Notes under the pieces: model-generated
Database searches by the model: none
What the model saw: only the letters and a program-made list of their open reading frames with translations
What the model was told of the DNA's origin: nothing
NCBI RefSeq assembly: GCF_036321535.1
Contig: NC_087436.1
Coordinates: 25,112,001 to 25,176,000, forward strand
From: Camelus dromedarius
Lineage: Eukaryota
Direction: 5' to 3'
Length of the DNA stretch: 64,000 nt
Translations under genes and position numbers: made by a program
Shown here: piece by piece, positions 14,266 through 29,060 of the stretch
How the letters are laid out: every line of letters starts with the position of its first letter
How positions within the stretch are numbered: position 1 is the first letter of the stretch

Positions 14266-15299
14266 TTTGACAATTAAGTGATAATTTTACAATCCATCAT
14301 TTTTGCTTATTGATTTCTTTGTGTAATTATTTTCCATTAAGGAACAGATAGTGGGTATCAAATAGAGAAAATGTGGTCACTCAGTGGTACTGTTCATTTG
14401 AATGATATAGAATGGTGTAATCATTTTTGGAATTATGGTATTTTTATATCTTTCATAGAATGCCATTCAGATTTTCAAATAACTCTGTTTCCACTTGACT
14501 TAGGGTAGTTGGCAACTGGATGGTTTCCGTACCCACTACATGCCAGCATTAATCTGATAATCCTGAGGGAATTCCCATCAATTTGCTTGTAAATTTACCC
14601 CCTTGCTAATAATGAGGGTCTTCTTGCAAGATTTACTTTTTATACTTATTTTGGATTTTCATGAAAAAAAAAGTTCACTTCTGTTAATATTGCCTTAATA
14701 CTACCATAAAAGGGGAAAATAGGTTTAGGACGATTCAGATAATACAGAATGTGATGAAATTTTACTCTAAACTAAAATTTTCTCACATACTAAGTTGCAG
14801 ATGGCATTATCCCTGCCGGCTAATTTACCTGTCTCCTAAACTAGTAATCTGTCTCTGCATTTCTTCATTTGTTTACAGGTAAACACACAGACACATTCAT
14901 TCATTCACTCATTCATTCATTTCTTCTTACTTTTTTGGTGCAACATTTTATATTGATAATAATAGAATATTCTTAATATTCTAGGGGGCAATTTAGCCAG
15001 TGACACCACTATTGCTTCAGCAAATGTCAACTGTCAAATAAATCTCAAGAATCAAATAAAAATCTATCCTCTAAACTCAAATTCTGCAGAAGCATGCAAT
15101 TTTAGATATTATTTAGGAATTTAAAAAAAGAACCATTGTCTTTTTAAAATAATTTTCAGTAAACTATAATGTTAGTGAGCTTGGTACTTAAGTGAGCCAG
15201 TTTCAAGATATTTTAAATACTGAATAAATAAATGGAAAACTAGAAATACCAATGCAGTGTGCTTAATCAGTACTTTCTTTGCAATAAAAAACGATGTTA

Positions 15300-16270
15300 C
15301 TTCTGAAGTAGAAAATGACAAATATGAGTATATAAACATTAACATTTTCTATATAGTAAAATATACTTATAAAACATCAAATATAACAAAATTATTTCTG
15401 AGAAAATATTTGCAATGCATGTGGTAGAAAAAGTATAACTATCCCTACATATCAAAAGCTCCTACCAGTTAAGAAGGAAATGTAAATGCAAATATAAAAC
15501 TGCTGAATACAAAAACTGAACAAAAGACAAAAGTAGGTCATCTACAGAAATAGAAATGAAAATAGAAAACAAATGTATGAAAAGGTACTTAATCTGAGAG
15601 AGATTCAAGTAAAAGATCAGCAATATTCCATTTTCACCTATAAGATAGTTGAAAATTAGAAGATTGAAGCATTCAGTTATTTAGAGGATAGAAAAATGGG
15701 TGTTTTTATGCATTGCTCTTATGAGTTATATTCCACAACTTTTGGAGTGTAATCTGCTAATATCTTCTAATATTAAGAGTGTACATTCCATTTAACATAA
15801 TAGCATGCTTTTGGGAATCTATCTTAAGCATATAAATCATAAATATGTAAGGGTACATTAAAAAGATGTGAATCAGCACTGTGTTCTGTGGAAACAATCT
15901 AAAAGATTCACTAACTGGGAAATATTGAAGAAATTAGGGTGCAGTTACTATCGAAACTAGAGAATATTATGCAGCTAGTGACAATATTGACATCCATGAA
16001 ATATTACTAAGAGGAAAATAAAGGCAGGAAAAAGATGAATTTTCATAACAAAAGACCACACTTTTATAAAAATAACAACACATTCTAATACTTAAAAATA
16101 CATTTTTGTTTGTATTAACATAGAGAAAAGTTAGGAAGAACATTTGTCAAGCTATTAGTATTGGTGTCTTAATAGAGAAAGTGATAGAAGAAAAATTGCA
16201 TTTTTTTCTTTACCATATTTATGTTATTCTTCATGTTTAAATAAACATTTGTTGCTTTTGTAATTTCAAA
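15300..16270 (+). mobile_element. Ancient L1 (L1ME-like) 3' portion
   Basis: A-rich degenerate ORF2 C-terminal/3' UTR motifs (gagaaaatatttgcaatgc, attatgcagct). Confidence 0.55.
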
Positions 16271-16289
16271 GTGAACTATAATAAAACAT

Positions 16290-17400
16290 ACCATGCACAG
16301 CAAAGGAAACCATAAGCAAAACAGAAAAACAACCTATGGAATGGGATAAAATATTTGCAAGTAATGAGACTGACAAGGGCTTAATTTCCAGAATATATAA
16401 ACAGCTCATACAACTTAATAATAATGTTAAAAAAAAAAAACAACCCAGTCCAAAAATTGGCAGAAGACCTAAACAAGCAATTCTCCAATGAAGACATACA
16501 AATGGTGAATAGGCACATGAAAAAATGCTCAGTATCCCTAATTATCAGAGAAGTGCAAATCAAAACTACAATGAGGTATCACCTCCCACCAGTCAGAAAC
16601 ACCATCATTCAAAAGTCCATAAATGATAAATGCTGGAGAGACTGTGAAGAAAAGGAAACCCTCCTACACTGTTGGTAGGAATTTAGTCTGGTGCAGCTGT
16701 TATGGAAAACAGTATGGAGATTCCTTGAAAGACTAAAAATAGACTTACCACATGATCCAGCAATCCCACTCCTGGGCATATATTCAGAGGGGACCTTAAT
16801 TCAAAAAAGTTATATGCACCCCAATGTTCACAGCAGAACTACTTATGATAGCCAGGACATGGAAACAACCTAAATGTCCATCAACAGATGACTGGATAAA
16901 GAAGCTGTGGTATATTTATATAATGGAATACTACTCAGCCATAAAAAGAATAAAATAATGCCATTTGCAGCCACATGGATGGACCTGGAGAATGTCATTC
17001 TAAGTGAAGTAAGCCAGAAAGAGAAAGAAAAATACCACATGATATCACTTACATGTGGAATCTAAAAAAAAAGGACAAATGAATTTATTTACAAAACAGA
17101 AACAGACTCACAGCATAGAAAACTTAGTTACCTGGTTGAGGGGATGGGAGTGGTAAGGGATAAATTGGGAGTTTGAGATTTGCAGATGCTAACTAATATA
17201 TATAAAATAGGCAAACAACAGGTTCATACTGTATAGCACAGAGAACTATATTAAATATCTTGTAGTAACTTATGGTGAAAAAGAATATGAAAATGAATAT
17301 ATGTATGTTCATGTATGACTGAAGCATTATGCTATACACCAGAAACTGACACAACATTGTAAACTGACTATACTTCATATATATGTATATATATATATAC
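16290..17400 (+). mobile_element. Younger 5'-truncated LINE-1 (camelid/cetartiodactyl type) 3' end with (AT)n tail
   Basis: ORF2 C-terminal peptides ([13 protein letters not shown]...[24 protein letters not shown]...PAIPLLGIY). The 3' end ccagaaactgacacaacattgtaaactgactatacttca is followed by (AT)n. Confidence 0.92.
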
Positions 17401-18240
17401 ACAAAACAACCAATAGTAAATGCAACATACGTGAAGGCAAAAATTCCCAAATAATCAGAGATTTTGTAATATGTAATGAGTAATGGTAGTTTTCTCTTAT
17501 AAGGGTAGCACTATTCAAATTGTGAGCCATATTTGTTTATTAATAAAGATTGGTATTTATTTTTATGCAATACAAATATAAATCAAACTATTTTTCTAAG
17601 AAGTAAGCACTTACATTTATGTCACATGCCTAAAAGGACTACTACTGTATTTCTGGTTTTGAAAGTTTGCAAATATATCAGACTAATTTAATCCTATTCT
17701 TTAAAGTGTTGAATAAAAACACCATTTTATTAACGTTCCCATGAATATTTATTAGAATCTTCTCAAATCACTCCATCTGATTTATTCATACAATTCCAAC
17801 TTTTATTGTATCATTCTTTTTATGTTAAAAAATAAAAATCAGTCTCTTAAAATGGATTATAAGTTCTGTGAGAACAGCTGGACCAAGAGAGCTCAATAAA
17901 TATTGAGTGATTGATTAGAGTACTTAAATAACTAAAATGGTACAGATTAATTTTATTTTTAAATTTATAATAGGCAATGCAGAAGTTTTAAAGAAGTAAT
18001 TGTTCTGAAGACGAGAGAATGTGGCTAGTATAAAATAACATTAAACAAGTTGTATATCCTGTGCATACAATACTGCTTCTTTCATGCTCTTTTGGGAGCT
18101 TAATTTGTTGATTTTCTTTTGGAAAGTCTAGCATGAAATTGTTGAGAAGTTAATTTCCAAATTCAATTATTTTTCTTAACTCAATCTTACTCAATATTAT
18201 TCACAAACCTAGGTGATTGTATATGTATTCCCTTGTCATA

Positions 18241-18749
18241 TATATTAGTTTCCTGTGACTGCTGTAACAAATTACTACTTGGTAGTTTAAAACAATACAA
18301 ACGTATCATCTTACAGTCCAATTGTTTGGACTTCAAGAGGTCAGAAATCCAAAATGGGTCTCACTGGGCTAAAATCAAGATGAGAGCTGGGCTGCCTTCC
18401 TTTCTGGAGGCTCTGGGAGAGGATGTGTTTTCTTGCCTTTTCCACTTGCCCACATGACTTGACTCTGGCCCCTTCCATCTTCAAAGCCAGTAATGGCCAT
18501 TCAAGTCTTTTTCAGATTGTCTAATTCCGACATGGAATCTTCTGCCCCCTTCTTTGATATTTAAAGACCATTGTAATTAATTGGGCCCATCTGGGTATTT
18601 CAGGATAATCTCCCTATTTAGAGGTCAGCTGATTTACAACCTAATTCCATCTGTACAGTAAATTCCCCTTTGCCATGTAAACTAACATTCATAGGTTCTG
18701 AGGTTTAGAATGTGGACATCTCTTGGGGGGCCATCTTTTGCTTACAACA
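18241..18749 (-). mobile_element. MLT1 (ERVL-MaLR) solo LTR
   Basis: tattagtttcctgtgactgctgtaacaaattac ... gggggccatcttttgcttacaaca, typical of reverse MLT1C/D. Confidence 0.85.
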
Positions 18750-20239
18750 TCATTTTGTTGCATAAGAAACTACAGATTGAAATGGATCAGGAAGATTCAG
18801 AGAGATGATACATTTTTTACTAGGATCACATTCTCTAAATCAGCAGTTTGTATATTATTTTTTAAAATTTTACCGTCAAGGGAAAAAAATATGTTCCTGA
18901 CTGTGGAGAAAAAATAATTGAAATATGAGAGCTGATTATTTACCAAGGTATTAAACATATTTTGAGATACAGGATTTTAAAAATTGGCTTGGAAATTTTG
19001 ATAGCCCAAAATGTTTAGAGTCCCAAACTCTAGAATTACTCATTTTAGTAATTCTTCCTGAATTGCTGCCCCTCTTTAAACAATTTATATTATAAAAATT
19101 TATTTTTGATATTTATACTTATAAAGTGGATAGGTTTGTCTTTGAAATAACAGGGTCATTCAAAATTAATAATTACTTTCTCTGAATTACATTTTGTTGG
19201 CGAAGAATTGTTACAGGCCTCTGCTCTGAGTTATCTTACTTTTCTAATAACTGGTAACTTCTGGAGCAAGTTCACTGGGCCATGGTTGCTCTGGCAACAT
19301 TACAGATGGGATTTTGAAGTCAGCGCCTCTGCAAATTACTGTGTGCTCTCGAAGAAGGAGATGTTAAGCTCCCCAAATTTCTCTCTTGCAGGAAATAGGT
19401 AGATGAAAACTTACATTCCATTCACTTCATTCATCAATAGAAAGGCTGTTCTTGGATACCACTTCACTTTCTTCAGAGGTTTTAAAGGTTTGTGTATGGT
19501 AAACTTGGAGGTAAAAGGATGGACAAGGGGGAGCATACATTAATTAAATTAGTAACCATCAAATCTGTTATAGCTGTCCTTCAGTCACTTGCTTTATTTT
19601 TGATTCACTTTCCCAATTCATAAAATTGAGAGATTGATGACTTGTACTTCAAGTTATCTTCCGGTTCCAACATTTAATGATTTAAAGATCTATTTTCTTG
19701 ACTTACTTCTACTTTGTCTCAAGAAGTTGACAGTTATGTTCATAGTTATCTAAGTAATTCTCAGTATTGACTATATGATACTTTCTAATTTTCAATGGGA
19801 ATGACTGCCATCTTCTCAAAAACCAGTCACCTAGGAGCTGTTCTTTGCAAGTAGGAAAAACCTGAGCACACAGGTTTTCCCGTAATACCTGTTTTAAGTG
19901 ATGGTCCTCTTGCAGCTTCATGGAAAGAAACAAGGGAGCTTTTCTTTGCACTGATGCTTTCCAAATGTGGGGGTTCTGGGCAGGGAATCTCTGCTTCACC
20001 AGCTTTCTTGAATCAAGGGGAGAAGTCTGTCTTTCTAACCATGGACCCCACACCTACTTTACACATTTATGTCTTTCCCCAAGACTTTAAATTCTTTTCT
20101 ATTTTTAGTTTCTTGGGGTCCATTTTACTTTTCTTTCCTGTACAAAACAGTTGCTATTCACTTTGTACCTTTTTTCACAAATCTGGCTGCTAAATGGAAT
20201 GCAAACATCCTTCATTTATTCATTTTCTTGTTTAACTTA

Positions 20240-20480
20240 TAACTTACCTCCCTAACTCCTTTGTGCCATTTGCTCTCTCACTGTGCTCCAGCCAAATGGA
20301 TTTCCATTCAGTACCTCAAACATGCAAAGCTGCCTTTCACCTTGAAACCACACCACGTACTGTTTAGTCTAGTTGCTCTTCCCTTTTGCTGTTGCAAGGC
20401 TGACTCCTCATCTTAAATGCTGCTTTCTCAGAAAGCGGTTCTCTGACAATTTTACACAGGTGAATTGATCTCTGTCCCTA
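20240..20480 (+). mobile_element. L2 fragment
   Basis: ctcactgtgctccagcca...cctcaaacatgcaaagc motif. Confidence 0.5.
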
Positions 20481-21745
20481 CAAGGTAGGCCTTCTATATT
20501 ATTCTTCACCTTGCTTAGTATTCTATCAGTTTATGAGAAGAAGATCTACCACATTGACATCTGATACCTGAACACTCACTCAAGGAAGCAGGGTCAACCT
20601 GTCTGATTTACTGAGTCTCAGGTCTTTAAAGTTGTCACTGAACAGTGTTCCCAGGAATCATCTGTTCTACTTAAGGCCCTGCTAGGGTTCTTCATGACTA
20701 TAAACAGTTTCTCATCTGGAATTCCCTCTTTCAGTTTTCATTGACTTTGACCTCCCTCTCCTGCTTTCCCCAAATTAGCTTAAGTTCAGGAGAACAGTAG
20801 GCTTGCATCTCAATAATCCGTTTCAAGTAGGGCTCCCAGTTTTCTTCCCCTAAGACAGATGCAGAATTCCCCGTATTTTTGTGCCTTCCTGGTTTCTATC
20901 AAAGGCTAGAGAGAACACACTCTTTGTCCATTGTATTAGATGATCCTATCTTTCTGATTAATGTCAGGTCGTAAGATGTGGGCTATTCTTACAGTTTTTT
21001 CCTTCTCTCTTTTGGAAGAGGTTCAGTCTTTTGAAAAATTGAGTATCCGTGGTGGTGTGTAAGTATCACTTTCTAGACATCCCTTTCTTTCACGAGATAT
21101 CTCTGGAGGCTGCACAGCAATCAGCATCCTCAGAACACTCTATCAGGGCTCTATTCCTGCTATTCCCACTTGAACCTCCAGCTAAGCACTTTATGTCTGC
21201 ACAGTGGCTTTAAATACGAGGCTGGAAAGTCCTCATTTTCATTTGCATCTCAGTTCTCTGATATTTCCCAAGCCCTCACTGATCTCTGAGAATCCTCATC
21301 AAAATTCTGGCATCCGTCCTCAAAGAATGTCATGGCTGTTGTTCCACAAACTCATTGCATCTATTTCTAGGGATGGTAGTTTTCTGTATGTAGATAGCTA
21401 TGTTCCACATTAGAATTAATGTTGTATTTGAACATTTTATCAAGTTCTAGACATTTAATTATCTTCCTGAATAAACCTGAAGTTGATGAGGCACCAAAAC
21501 ATGAACTTGTTTTGCTTTTTCTCCTTGTCACCCTTTAGAGGGACTTAGGAGACACTGTAGAAATTTCCTTCCTGTTTTTTTTTATCATGGAAAAAAGTCC
21601 ATTCTGGTCTAGAATAGTTTAGAATTCAATCTCATTTGTGATCTAAAACTTTCTCTTCTCCTCCTCACTGATCAGCTCTAAATTGTGTGTGTGCATATGG
21701 GTGGGAGAAGCTCTGATCCTGAGACACTGTCTCCTTTATCTTATA

Positions 21746-21970
21746 TTAGTTTGTCACATTTAGAAAACAAACAATAACAACAACAATCAAAAAAAAAAAA
21801 AAAAGCAACGCAAGATGCCCAGTTTACTTTGAATCAGACAAGTAAGTTCTTTTTAGTATAAATATAATCCAGATATTTCATGGTACATATTTATACTAAT
21901 GTTTTTTTCTTGTTGCTGTTGATCTGAAATTCAAATGCATGGGCATTCTGTATTTTGTCTGGTAACCCTA
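21746..21970. mobile_element. MER53 palindromic MITE
   Basis: Inverted arms, including TTAGTATAAATAT (21853-21865) and ATATTTATACTAA (21887-21899); terminus ctgtattttgtctggtaacccta. Confidence 0.8.
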
Positions 21971-22509
21971 CTCTTACATCCTTTGGATCCTCCAGGGTGT
22001 TGGAGCTTGGAAGAGGGGAAAGGAAATAGAAAAAATGTCTTTTGTGTAACTGAGCGCATGATACTAAGCAGTTCCCTCTCGATTGATTCTCAGGATTCTG
22101 CTGTGCTGCCCTTAGTGGCAGGAACTTAAACAGGGGTCATCTCATGGGACACATGCACACTCTTAGGAGGCTCTGCAGGTGACTTCCCGGTGCTCCAGTC
22201 CATGACCCGAGGGAATGTGTTCCTGTGTGACCCTTCTGAGTCCCCTCAGCTCCTGCCTCTGGCAGGAAACCCCACAGCTGAGAGGGAAGACCAGCAAGTC
22301 CTCTGAATAAGCAGAAGTCCAGAGATATTTAAAAGCCTGTTTCCTCTTTTGGTTGACATCTAATCTCTTTGAGTGATTTTCCTGAAAACCCCTGCACGCA
22401 GTTGTTGTAGATATATTGTTTGAATGACAATAAGAAATAGATATGACTTTTCAAGTGGATCAAGAGGGGTTTAAAAAAACCTTGAGGGACAAAGAGACTA
22501 TTTACTTCC

Positions 22510-23330
22510 TAGTTAAGGCTGAATGGTATTTCATTGTGTGTATATACTACATTTTGTTTATCCATTCATCTGTCGATGCTGTGTTTTAGCTTTGTGAACA
22601 ATGCTGTTATAAACATGGTTGTACAAAATATCACTTTTGAGACCCTGATTTCAAATCTTTTGTGTATATGCTTAGAAGCAGAATTAGTAGAACACATGTA
22701 ATTGTATTTTTTTTTTTTTAGGAATTACCATACTGTTTTCCATAGCTGTTGTACCATTTTGCATTCCTTGATAGGTGAGTGCCCTAAAGTTCCAACATCT
22801 CCACATTTTTACCTGTATTATTATTTTCTGTGGGTTTTTTAAATGGTATTCTTCCTAATGGGTTTGATATGGTATCTCATTGTGGTTTTGATTTGCATTT
22901 CATTAATGATTAGTGATACATCTTTTCATGTGCTTTTTGGCCATTTGTGTATCTTCTTTGGAGAAATTGTTCAAGCCTTTCACCATTTTTAAAATCGAAT
23001 TGTGTTTTTGTTGGTAAGTGTTGGTAGTTTTCCATATAATCTGCATAATTAATCCGTTATCAAATATATGATATAAGTATTTTTCCCATTGTGTAGGTTG
23101 TCTTTTTAGAGACAGAAAGTAGAATGGTGGTTGCCAGGGACTGGGGGAGGGAAGAAGAAGGAGTTATTGTTTAATGAGTGCAGAATTTCAGCTTTGCAAG
23201 ATGCAGAGTTCTGGAGATGGATGATGGTGATGATTGTCCAACAATATGAATATACTTAATATCACTGAACTGTACACTTACAGGTGATAAATATAGTCAA
23301 TGTTGTGCATTTTATGATAAAAAAAATTGG
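22510..23330. mobile_element. 5'-inverted L1 (L1MB-like): antisense segment 22510-23105 joined to sense 3' end 23108-23330
   Basis: Antisense L1 (ggtatctcattgtggttttgatttgcatttc) directly abuts sense 3' UTR (agagacagaaagtagaatggtggttgccaggg ... cactgaactgtacactta) and an A tail. Confidence 0.8.
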
Positions 23331-24124
23331 AAAAGAAAAAGCTCAACTTGGAAAGCCTATGGGTGAGAAAATATAACTTGTGATAAAGTGATCCAAGTAA
23401 AACAATACATTTTACTTATTCATTAAAAAATGGCCATTTAAAAAGATGTGGGAAGGATATAGGAACATCAAAAAGGAGAATTCAGTACCCTGGAATTCTG
23501 ACAGCCACTACCTCTAAGACTGATAGATTAGGGAGAAAGTGGTTATTGGAGCCGGAGACAGAGCTGGTTGGAGAGAAGTTCTCCCAACAAGAGTTGTGTT
23601 TTTCACCTGATAGATGCAGCCAGCTCTTATAACACTACAGCTCTCCTTCCTGTCTCTCATCTCCTGCCCTCTCTTCCCAAGAGTGGCAGCCAAGGACAGC
23701 CAGAGAGCATGAATCCACTGATGCAGCCCAGACAGGCTGCCTCTCAGGGCAGGGGCATGTGAAGGAGGCTTGGAAAGTTAATCTGCATGGGAGGAGACGT
23801 ACACGTTACAGTCTCTCTTTAGACCAATGACTCGTGATTCTTTCTCATTCTCTTTGAGATGTTTAGTCTGCTTTTATGTAAGGCTAGAAGGCTGAGATAG
23901 GGTGTGTGATGTTTGGGGTAGCAGACAGAACCCCTGGTGGGTCCTATGGAAATGTATTGCACTCTGTAGAGTCTGTGTGATATTTACCACCAAGAGTTGT
24001 CAACTTCGGGACTTCAGTAGCAATCTCAGACTATTGGAAGAATCCTACTCAGCATCCTGGTTCAGGTATAAATGAGGGAAAATTAGTATTAATACACCAC
24101 TCAGGGAAAGATATAGGTCTCATC

Positions 24125-25126
24125 AAACCTGACATTCATATAATTTTGTAGAAACTCTTTAAGAAAAGGATACAAAAGTATGAATACAAATTTAGGCAAT
24201 GAAAGAGACTACTGATACAGAATCCAAAAACCACAGCATGTTTTAAAAAGTTGACTTAATTCCAAGGACATCAAAAAAATCCCCACACCACTAAGATACT
24301 TTTTTCCTCCACTTTTGGGCTGAATATTCTTTGAATACCTTTTCATATAAGAAAGGTTTTATAATATTTTCTGTAAAGTATAGAAAGATAATTCTGTCTT
24401 TCCTTTGGGATGGTTGATTAAAATTTGTTTTTATTGATGTTTTCACCACTTAATATTGATACCATCATGTCAATTTTTAGGATTGTAGAATTTCAGAAAA
24501 TCACTATGGTGTGTTTATAATTGTAGACACTTATTTATCAAGTATATTTTTGACAGGAGTCAATTCCTTTTGACTAGTTGTCGATGTGAATCAAATTCTC
24601 TGCTTACAATTTTAACTTATCTAATGATTGTAAAATTTTCCCACAGTCTAGTTTCTGGCTCTGTACATTTCATATCTCACTTCCTCCCTACCCACAAGCT
24701 CTGGTTCCAGGTGCTAAAGAGTTTGCTCACATTGTGATCTGATCTCTGGATCTGCCTGTTTGCGTCCTGAAACTGGGTGTGTCTATGCGGTAGTGTGTTC
24801 CTGGAAGCCTCTCCCAGCCGGCAGTAACCTAACCACACACATAAATGACTGAGGACCACAGGAATATATCTCATTAAACCCAATATAAATGCACCCCTGA
24901 CTCAACTTATACTTTAATGGATCCCAAACATGCCTGCAACCACTTGACCCAGAGTAGAAATTGGGATAGAGAGAGTTGGTGGTCTTTAGTGGTTGGCATT
25001 AAAACATCTTATGTTTGGTAAATTTCCAAAACTTCATGACCATTCAAACACTTCTTTAAACTCTCAGGCATATTGAGAGTCCTTGAAGCTTAAAGTTCAT
25101 TTGCTTCATGGTAAACCTATCTTTGC
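24125..25126. mobile_element. Zaphod/MER115-like hAT-Tip100 relic
   Basis: ctctttaagaaaaggatacaaaagtatgaatacaaatttagg near the start and ccttgaagcttaaagttcatttgcttcatggtaaacc at the end. Confidence 0.6.
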
Positions 25127-28100
25127 CTCCCGACCCCTTCATCCTGGAGTGTGCAAAGTGCTTCCCATGCCATTGGAGGTGGATGGGTTCTCCTCTGAAG
25201 CGCAGGTCCTCCTGTTAAATCCAGCATCCTGTGCTCTGTGCTGCCTCCTTCAGCCTATATAAGATATACTCTCTCAGGGTACGAGCATCTGTGAGTATGG
25301 GTCCTTTTGCTTGCTCTTCCCAGTCCGAGAGGCTTTAGTGGACATTTACAAAGTCAAAGTTTTAAGTTTCATTTTTCCCTCTGGGAGGCATCTCAACTCT
25401 CAGGTACACCAACAGGTACAACTTGGTATTTGGGGTTGAAGTCACCTGTATATGACATATATTTGAGTCCTTGCTTTCTGTTGGCCAGGAAACCCAGACA
25501 CATGATGAACTGTGGGAAAGCTCAGGATGCTTGGGACCAGGATGCCTGGGACAGTCTCTTTGCTCACTTGACAAGCATTAGTAATACCCTTCAAATAATA
25601 TTGGCCAGTATTGTCTATATACTGCACATCTTTACATTTATTTCATTTTTAGTCATCTAGGTGAAGAATTAAGTCTCTAAATCACTTTTGCACTATTGAC
25701 AACTTTTTTGTCAAGGTACCTAAATGAGCTGATACTGCTCATAATTTTAAATAAGGCCAGCATCTGAGGAATCTCAGATTAAAATCCTTTGTTCTTCTCT
25801 CTACCAAGTCATGGGTAGAATACCAAAGTCAAAAAGTCAGCTTTCCAAGTCTGGGAATAAAAATACTCCTCATCACATTGAATTTTGCTGCTGCCTATTT
25901 TGCAGTTTTGAATTTGTAATTTAAATAGTGATCACATATATACGTAAATACAGATGTTTGTGGCATACATGATTTGCACATAAAGTAGTCTTATTTTTTC
26001 AAGCATTTTAACAAAAACAGTATCATGTCCCTACAAGCAGTGAAAAGTCTTTCTCTATAATTGGGCAAACCAATGTTCAGGTATTTAACTCAGGATCAAA
26101 GCTAGATTGCTAATACTTCAACTATGACGCATATAAAATAAATTCTTTATGACTTCCCTACCAAGTTAAGGCTTAGGTTCTTTCTTTTGTTGTCATGGAA
26201 AAGAACAAAAGACAGTGCTGATTGAAAGCAGAGAGAAAAATTGGCCCAGCAAATGCTCAGGGTATACGATAATAACTAATTAACCTATAATACAGGGTCT
26301 GCCAACCAAATAAGGTGAAGTACATTAAAACGTTTTAGAAAATATAAAATGCTGTATAAGCCAAGCATATTATGTTTGTGTTTCACAATTATATTTCTGT
26401 TTAAATATAAATACTGACCCAATAATCTGTGCATAACAGGAGTTCTTATTTTAAAAATTCACAAAGATTTAAATAATTTTCTAAAACTCTTGGAAGCCTC
26501 ATGGTTCTAATTATTCCCATTAAATTCAATGTAGTTTTCTAAAAATAGTTTGCTTTGGAGCAGAGCAGTGCAAATAGTACATTTAGAGACAGTTTTCATT
26601 GGGGAAAAAAATTAAGAAGGCCAATAAAGACCCAGTCCTGGGTAGCCTTGAATAAATCCAGTGGAATAAATTTCAGGCTAAAGGTTTACTTTGAAACAGT
26701 GTTAGCTTATGTTTTACCTTTCTTTACCTTATTCTTACCTGCTTATTTGTTATAATATTGACAATGGTGTTTTCTCACAAATTTCTTTTAAAACTTTTTT
26801 CCCTTGCAGTGGATATAATGATCACAGATGTACTTCCTGGTTTCCTTTTCTCTCTGAACATTACTTTGATATTCTAAAGGGATTCCACAGAATTATTATC
26901 AGAAAAAAAGAGAAAAAACTTCTCCTTTTCTGATGATTGTAAATGCCTGTTTGTGGTTTGCAAGGCTACAAGCTGTCAAACTTTATGTGTTTAGTTTACA
27001 GACTTCGAATGAAGATAATAAATTACACACAATGTATTAATTTTTGGTTGTGTGACTTGCAATTAATATATATCCAAATGTAGGTGGATGTATATAAAAA
27101 TAAAAATATATACATATATGTATTTTTAAACATTGGGCCATGAAAGATTAGACTTCTGTTTTGCTATTTTATGATGTTATAACCCAGTGGTAACAATAAG
27201 ATATTGTTTATAAACAAAGTTTCTTCTTTACTAGATTATTTGAATTGTGAAAACATAATCTTTTTGCTTAAAAGAACTGTGGTCTCACATCTGTCCATAC
27301 TTTTTAAACCATAAAAAATATAACACCCCAAGTTTTTCTGACAGCTGAAGATCAAGGGAACATATCAAACTAAGAAACAGACATAACATCTGAATTTTCA
27401 TTCTAGCAACACACAGCCCATATTTCAGATTATGTTGCTCCTAAGTGATTTAGCAGGCCTTACACTGAGCAGCATAGAATACCACCAGTTTGATGGGGTA
27501 CAACTTATCCTGAGGTCACTGGATAAGTATAAGAAAAAAAAACTTGCACTGAATTCCTAAGTCTAGCGCTTTCAGGTTGGACAGTGTTACTCACAAATGT
27601 ATTTAAAAATAAAGTTTGTAATTGCTGTGCACTTTTAAGATTTACTTTGCTGAAAAGAATGTTCTTTGGAATAAATAGCAATATTCGAGCCAGAATCAAG
27701 GAACATTCATAATGGGAAATACTAAGTTATTGTAGTGCAGAAATAATTTTGGGGGGAAAAAAAAGGATTTTTGCATTCATTAATAAAACAAAAATTTCCT
27801 TACTTTAAAACAGGGAGGCGAGTTAGATAATTGTGTCGTTTTCTTTTCAGCTCTGAAAGTCTAAGTAAACAATAAAGATCGATACCTTAAAAATAAAAGC
27901 AGTAGTGCCACAGGGAAGTTTTCTTTTGAAATTTCATACCTTGGATCTTTTTTTTTTCCTGGTTTTCCATTTCAAATAATGTTTTGCTTTGTTTGTTTGT
28001 TTGTTTGTTTCAGTATAATAACTCTCCTAAAAAGGAATCACACTCTTACATCAAGCAAAAACTTAGTGATGAAAACCAGGACAAATCCAGAAAGGTAGCT

Positions 28101-29004
28101 GATGTGTTTATAGTCATTCTATCCCTGTTCATTTCACTTTGAAAATGGAGTTATTTGTGTGCTGCTAGCAAGTTCCTTAGCAAAACAACCTCTGAAACTG
28201 TTTTAAAGTGGCTATAAGGGAAAAGCAAAAAATAATTTGATTTCCACTCTCTCTGATATTTTTCCTTCCATTACAAAAATCCATTTGAAAAAAATCAGAG
28301 TGTTTAAAAGCTCCTGTTTGTGAGAACCACTGCAGAGGCAGATACTGTGTTTGCATTCTAGTACAGCTGTCAGACATCAGGACCCGGGAGCATCTAGTTG
28401 AATAAATCTCTGGTATTATCTGAAATGAGCTATTTGTAATAAGTCATTATTCTCCCCTGGCATCCTGGTCTTCAGTGTTGAATGTGTCTCCTGTCTGAAT
28501 ATATTTTCTAAAGTTGATGTAGGCAGAGATCGTTATACAGAAACATACCCTTCACAAAAATTACGCCAATGTCCGTGCTGGAAAATGGGTGTGATTTACA
28601 CTGGTTTGTGTTTGCTTTCTGATATGTTTCCTAGTTCCCACAGCATTTCTAAGTTGAGAGTAGAAAACAGAGGCCCAGAAGCAAAGAGGAGAGAATTTGG
28701 CAAGAAAATTTGCATCCTAATAATAGAACAAAAACACTTCTGCATCTCTGAAATATATCTAATTTTTGTAATTACTTTAAAGAGAGAGTTAATTTTTTAA
28801 AAGCACCCAGTTAAAAAATTATGTGCAACATTTGTATATTATCAATTTTTTCCTTAAAGCTTTCTTAATATAGATATTGTTTTTCTCTATAGAGGTTGAG
28901 GAAATATTTATTATAGAAACATTTTAAGTAGGATAAATTACAAAACTGCTTATTGTACCTTAGAATATGATTTAATTTTGTCAGGAATGTGACACGGTAG
29001 CGTC

Positions 29005-29060
29005 TTTTTTTCCCCTGAAGTATAGTCTGTTACAATATGTCAATTTCTGGTGTACAGCTA
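29005..29060 (-). mobile_element. Tiny L1 3'-terminal fragment
   Basis: T run + tgaagtatagtctgttacaatatgtcaatttctggtgtacagc, the reverse of the L1 terminus seen at ~17330-17378. Confidence 0.7.
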
